This document shows, piece after piece, positions 32,801-35,482 of a stretch of DNA of 35,482 nucleotides. The notes below the pieces were generated by a model, which worked only from the letters and a program-made list of their open reading frames with translations, made no database searches and had not been told where the DNA came from. Source of the DNA: a virus (taxonomy: Duplodnaviria > Caudoviricetes); IMG/VR virus record IMGVR_UViG_3300025270_001763, positions 1 through 35,482 of that record; one strand, given 5' to 3'. The position numbers and the translations under genes are program-made. Position 1 is the stretch's first letter. Every line of letters begins with the position of its first letter.

Positions 32801-35482
32801 CAGCAACCTTCTTGAAGGTGAGTGAGAATAACGCTAGTGCGTTTAAGTCATTTGCCCCGGCTGTAATTGCTGCTGCCTTTGCTGCGTGGCAGCTTGGTCG
32901 GGCAATGTCGGCAGCAGCAGATGCAGCGGCTGCCAAAGCCGTTATGGAATCTAAGACTGAAAAAGAATTACAGAGAAGGGTGGCGGAACAAGACACTGAG
33001 AAAAAGAAAGCCGGGGCTGTTTCAGGTGCGGGTATCGTCGGGGGTATCGCACTCCTTGCTGCTATAGCAGGGCCTGTTGGCTGGGTCGGTGGGGCGATTG
33101 TCACTGCTCTCGGGGCGGCTGTTGGTGCCATTATTGGTTGGACTACGGCTGCGGATACATCAGCAATAGTAATGGAAACGAGGTTTAAAAAAGCTGGGCA
33201 AGAGATAGAGAAGAATCTAGACAAAGTAATTAGCGGAGAGAAAGAATTAGGGGAAGTAATAGGTAAAATTAATGACGATCTGAAAATACAGAAGGGGACT
33301 GGGCACACAGACGCTACTGCTGATAAAAATAGACTAGAAAAATTTACCAAGGCGTTGGAAGTAGATTTTGCCAAGAGAATCAAAAATATAGCAATTCCAG
33401 AAGACCTTATTATTACTAACTTGGGGGATGTTAAATCGTCTTCTGAACTGCTATCTGCTCAACAAGAAAAAAGTGCAGGAGTCGTAAAACGTTTTGTAGG
33501 TAACTTTGGGAAACATATTGATGAAGTAGCTAAATCTCAAGGAATATCTAGCAGAGAGTATATAGCTGCTTTACACAAGCAGTCGGCGGAAGCAACTGAA
33601 GCAGCATTTATTCAAGCGAGACTAAACAAAGCCTTGAGAGAATCGGCTGAGTTTGCTCAAGACGCTGCTAATGTTTCTGGTGCTTTAAGAACGATGTCTC
33701 AAGATATTTCTAAGACTACAGAAACCCTGCTCTTCTTTGCGTCGGGACTTGGACAGCTTGGAGACAGATTTACTTCTCCAGCAATAGCGCAACTTACAGA
33801 GATAACAAAGAAGCCAGAAGACATATTAGACATGAAGGTGTTCAATAAAGAGGTTGAGCGTAATGCCAACTTCTTAAAACGATCAGGGCTAAAAGAAGAT
33901 TTTGTTAACAAGCTAACAAATAACACTAAAGCAGCCGCTAACGCAATTGCGAACTTACCTAATGCTATCCGCGCAGTTAGTGGAGATGTTGATAAACTTG
34001 GAAAAGAAGATTTTGCAACCAAAGTACTAAAAGGGCTTAATCTAGGTAAAGAATCGACGGTTATTAAACGACAATTGGAAGTAAAAATTTTGCAAATGTT
34101 AGGTGTCGATAGTAAACGTAAGCAATTTACAAATAGACCTGAACTCGCCGCTAAGGAACTTGGAGAGGCTCTTCAAGGTACATTCGAAGCCCAGCAGGAA
34201 GCTGCCAATCTCCAGAACAAACATAACCAAGTTTTGCAGCAGTTATTTGCGAAACGGATTGAGCTAGAAAGTAATGTTACTGAGAAACAGAAAGCAGTTT
34301 TGGATTTGGAAGATGCGAGATCGGAAAAATTGGCTAAGCTTTCTGGCAGAGAGCGGACTCTGGAAGAATTAACGAATCGTAGAGTAGAAAGGGCTAGAAA
34401 GCTACTTGGAAAACAAACCACTACCGATAATAAACCGATTGAGATGTCGGTAGCTTCCTTAATAAACCGATATAAGAATCTTAGAGAACAGATAGACGCA
34501 AACCAAGTATCTTTGTCAAACAATGATGAGAAGTCCAAAGCTATACGAGACCGTACAGTTGAACAAATCGCACAACTTAAGCGTGCATCAGCAGCGTTGA
34601 AGGAGCTAGGAGATACCAGTAAAGAAGTTGCCATCTTAGAGAAGAAGCGAGCTAAAGAATCAGGTGTAGGAAAGCAAAAACGAGACTTTTTGTCGAACTT
34701 AGTTTTTGGAAGTGACAAGCAACGCAGGGAGGGTGCAACAGCCTTAAGGATTACTAAAACGATACAAAACAATACAGTATCCGCGCTTGGACAGATAGCA
34801 GAAGGCACGCAAAGAGGGAAGGGTGGTCAATTTAGAGGAAGGCTTGGGCAAGCTAACGTAGGTGGATTATCAGGGATACCGCAAAGTAGAAGGGGCGTGG
34901 GACGACAGACCTTCCAATCTCTGGGCGAAGTTCCAATTTTTGGAGAGCTAAACGACTTCGGATTACAATTGCTTCAATTGGGTAACATCCAAGAGAAAGA
35001 GGTAAGAGAGACATTAAAAGCCCAAGGTGCGGTATTCAAAGAAGTTAAAGGGATTTTCACTCTGATAAAGAGACCGCAGGCTACCGGCCAACAGGCAGAA
35101 CGTCTTGCAATGGTCACTGAGCTTAACAAGATAGTCCCCGGCGGGATAACTGTCGAGCAGGCTAGCGCTATTGTGGGTTCAACTACGGAAGAAGTAAAAT
35201 TACTTACTAAGATCAGAGACCTTCTGGATCAGCCAATCGAAATTGCACAGTTTGAAGAGCTTTTGGCTCGACAGGATGTTAAAATATTTAGTGGGGTAAT
35301 TGAAACTCAAAATGATAGATTCTTGCGTTCTCTGGAAAGGCTTTTTAAACAGGTGGACGCAAGAAGAGAACAGAGACTATTAGCTACAGATGAAGGACAA
35401 CTGAGACAAGCTAAAGCGGTGGTAGGCTTATTTAAGGGTCTAGACAAGTTTGTAACGGCAGATACGGGAGGGGGGGCAAGGG
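29866..35482 (+). CDS. Tail tape measure protein, 3'-truncated (>1870 aa; absent from ORF track because its stop lies outside the window)
   Basis: ATG 29866 (MAGKFVLTAEINLQ...). Tape-measure domain (FERELIKVSQVTG...AETIATGFRTIFTR...QLGGFRQVSK), DTVPAxLxPGEFV repeats, hydrophobic Ala/Gly segments at about 32600-33150, long coiled coils. Confidence 0.93.
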   Translation, partial: MAGKFVLTAEINLQSPKNLSKVASDINKALGGSATINVDVKGSGKSAAQLKRIETQTKKAGEAAKQAGSDFTKLGRSLSEAVVYIAKYDVARRIVVAFSNAVRNATSEAVKFERELIKVSQVTGKSIEDLRGLTREITRLAVGFGVSSKSLIKTTRILAQTGLTAKETRSALEALAKSTLAPTFDDITSTAETSIAAMSQFGIKAKELEKLLGRINAVAGKFAVEAGDIGVAIRRAGGAFKSAGGEIEELIALFTSVRSTTRETAETIATGFRTIFTRMQRPSTIRFLKEFGVNLQNLEGKFVGPYEAVRRLNVALKGLDPRDVRYSQIVEQLGGFRQVSKVIPLIQQFDKAQSALNVTMKGGGSLAKDAQTAQASLAVQFTKTKESFTALIREISEDKALRGMIDIALKMAEAFLNAVKAIKPLIPLLLAMSAIKLGAGVASFVGGRAGRGNRPRGGAIPGVFGFSKGGFVPGKGNRDTVPAMLEPGEFVVSRRGVSSVGAGALQGINRYAGGGRVVPVGGKVQGFKSATVQRSVRTPDKKQHGKSADALFNAAEHVFNPNDSVRFRFTNTPYNADVAIGSIQSKKKAKLAQEFAYGNIRTRGRAYEEILIGDKKMEKSSDTGGSKPFDGKMGSGWIEAKSRTGSSSRLFSEVGGKALRQKLIGNRKIGKMTAAAENILLKEMTVQLYRDDPTVSRGGMRKKLKDFKNSRRGRELGFAGTKRTKKAKGGAIGGGGGDTVPALLTPGEFVINKKSAGAYGYSNLGAINRYAGGGVVSGGKHRYASPPPTRTPMQARLLEAQKLGQKVEKTSDVFSNTRKKLDTLGNEFDKVAQEMRELTDASGELVFTEEDINREASKLVTQIKKEARARKDGTETSRKTITSERLLAGSNKKLEAERKKADPATGAGQRGVKRGVDITSTLFLASAISATVQSFVDVDSATGKFVTSLTSIITTFGTLLAVTTMLIGSKIAENAITKAATFLKVSENNASAFKSFAPAVIAAAFAAWQLGRAMSAAADAAAAKAVMESKTEKELQRRVAEQDTEKKKAGAVSGAGIVGGIALLAAIAGPVGWVGGAIVTALGAAVGAIIGWTTAADTSAIVMETRFKKAGQEIEKNLDKVISGEKELGEVIGKINDDLKIQKGTGHTDATADKNRLEKFTKALEVDFAKRIKNIAIPEDLIITNLGDVKSSSELLSAQQEKSAGVVKRFVGNFGKHIDEVAKSQGISSREYIAALHKQSAEATEAAFIQARLNKALRESAEFAQDAANVSGALRTMSQDISKTTETLLFFASGLGQLGDRFTSPAIAQLTEITKKPEDILDMKVFNKEVERNANFLKRSGLKEDFVNKLTNNTKAAANAIANLPNAIRAVSGDVDKLGKEDFATKVLKGLNLGKESTVIKRQLEVKILQMLGVDSKRKQFTNRPELAAKELGEALQGTFEAQQEAANLQNKHNQVLQQLFAKRIELESNVTEKQKAVLDLEDARSEKLAKLSGRERTLEELTNRRVERARKLLGKQTTTDNKPIEMSVASLINRYKNLREQIDANQVSLSNNDEKSKAIRDRTVEQIAQLKRASAALKELGDTSKEVAILEKKRAKESGVGKQKRDFLSNLVFGSDKQRREGATALRITKTIQNNTVSALGQIAEGTQRGKGGQFRGRLGQANVGGLSGIPQSRRGVGRQTFQSLGEVPIFGELNDFGLQLLQLGNIQEKEVRETLKAQGAVFKEVKGIFTLIKRPQATGQQAERLAMVTELNKIVPGGITVEQASAIVGSTTEEVKLLTKIRDLLDQPIEIAQFEELLARQDVKIFSGVIETQNDRFLRSLERLFKQVDARREQRLLATDEGQLRQAKAVVGLFKGLDKFVTADTGGGAR
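31261..31416 (+). repeat. Tape-measure repeat copy 1 (FSKGG...DTVPAMLEPGEFVV...INRYAGGGRV)
   Basis: Manual translation; DNA attaataggtatgcgggtggcgg nearly identical to copy 2. Confidence 0.85.
32041..32193 (+). repeat. Tape-measure repeat copy 2 (KAKGG...DTVPALLTPGEFVI...INRYAGGGVV)
   Basis: Manual translation; DNA attaataggtatgctggtggcgg. Confidence 0.85.

Larger units (their letters stand above)
1..35482 (+). mobile_element. Tailed dsDNA phage genome segment (packaging, head, neck and tail morphogenesis plus accessory block)
   Basis: Co-oriented terminase, portal, protease, capsid, neck, tail tube and tape measure genes in canonical order. No host housekeeping genes or integrase in the window. 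Confidence 0.97.

Noticed and set aside
30462-34808. Multiple minus-strand ORFs (up to 240 aa) in the track
   Set aside because: Antisense shadows of the uninterrupted + strand tape measure gene; no recognisable motifs.
1-35482. tRNA, rRNA, CRISPR array, integrase/att site, alternative genetic code
   Set aside because: None seen. Intergenic gaps are short and ORFs tile the window under the standard code, using all three stop codons.

Overview
The whole window is part of a large tailed dsDNA phage genome (Caudoviricetes). It is probably a siphovirus, since it has a tail tube and a long tape measure but no sheath gene here. All credible genes are on the + strand. Gene order: (1) a tightly overlapped accessory block (sulfotransferase-like, MotA/TolQ/ExbB-type channel, ExbD-like partner, membrane protein with a Gly/Lys linker, GDP-mannose 4,6-dehydratase, OCD/mu-crystallin-family dehydrogenase); (2) HNH and ERCC4 nucleases, terminase large subunit, portal, protease-scaffold, decoration protein, major capsid protein; (3) about 10 kb of fibre/appendage genes; (4) neck and tail-completion genes, major tail protein, putative tail chaperones; (5) a tape measure protein of more than 1870 aa that runs off the window and is missing from the ORF track. 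Highlights: a phage-encoded Ton/Tol-like proton-motor triplet; a PD-(D/E)XK nuclease-like cassette between direct repeats inside the tape measure; a ~133-aa module inserted in-frame into two unrelated fibre proteins; a recurrent GGTGTAT(A/T)(A/T)T promoter-like motif; and G-U-rich RNA hairpins in the tail operon. All functional calls come from motif recognition by eye, with no database search.
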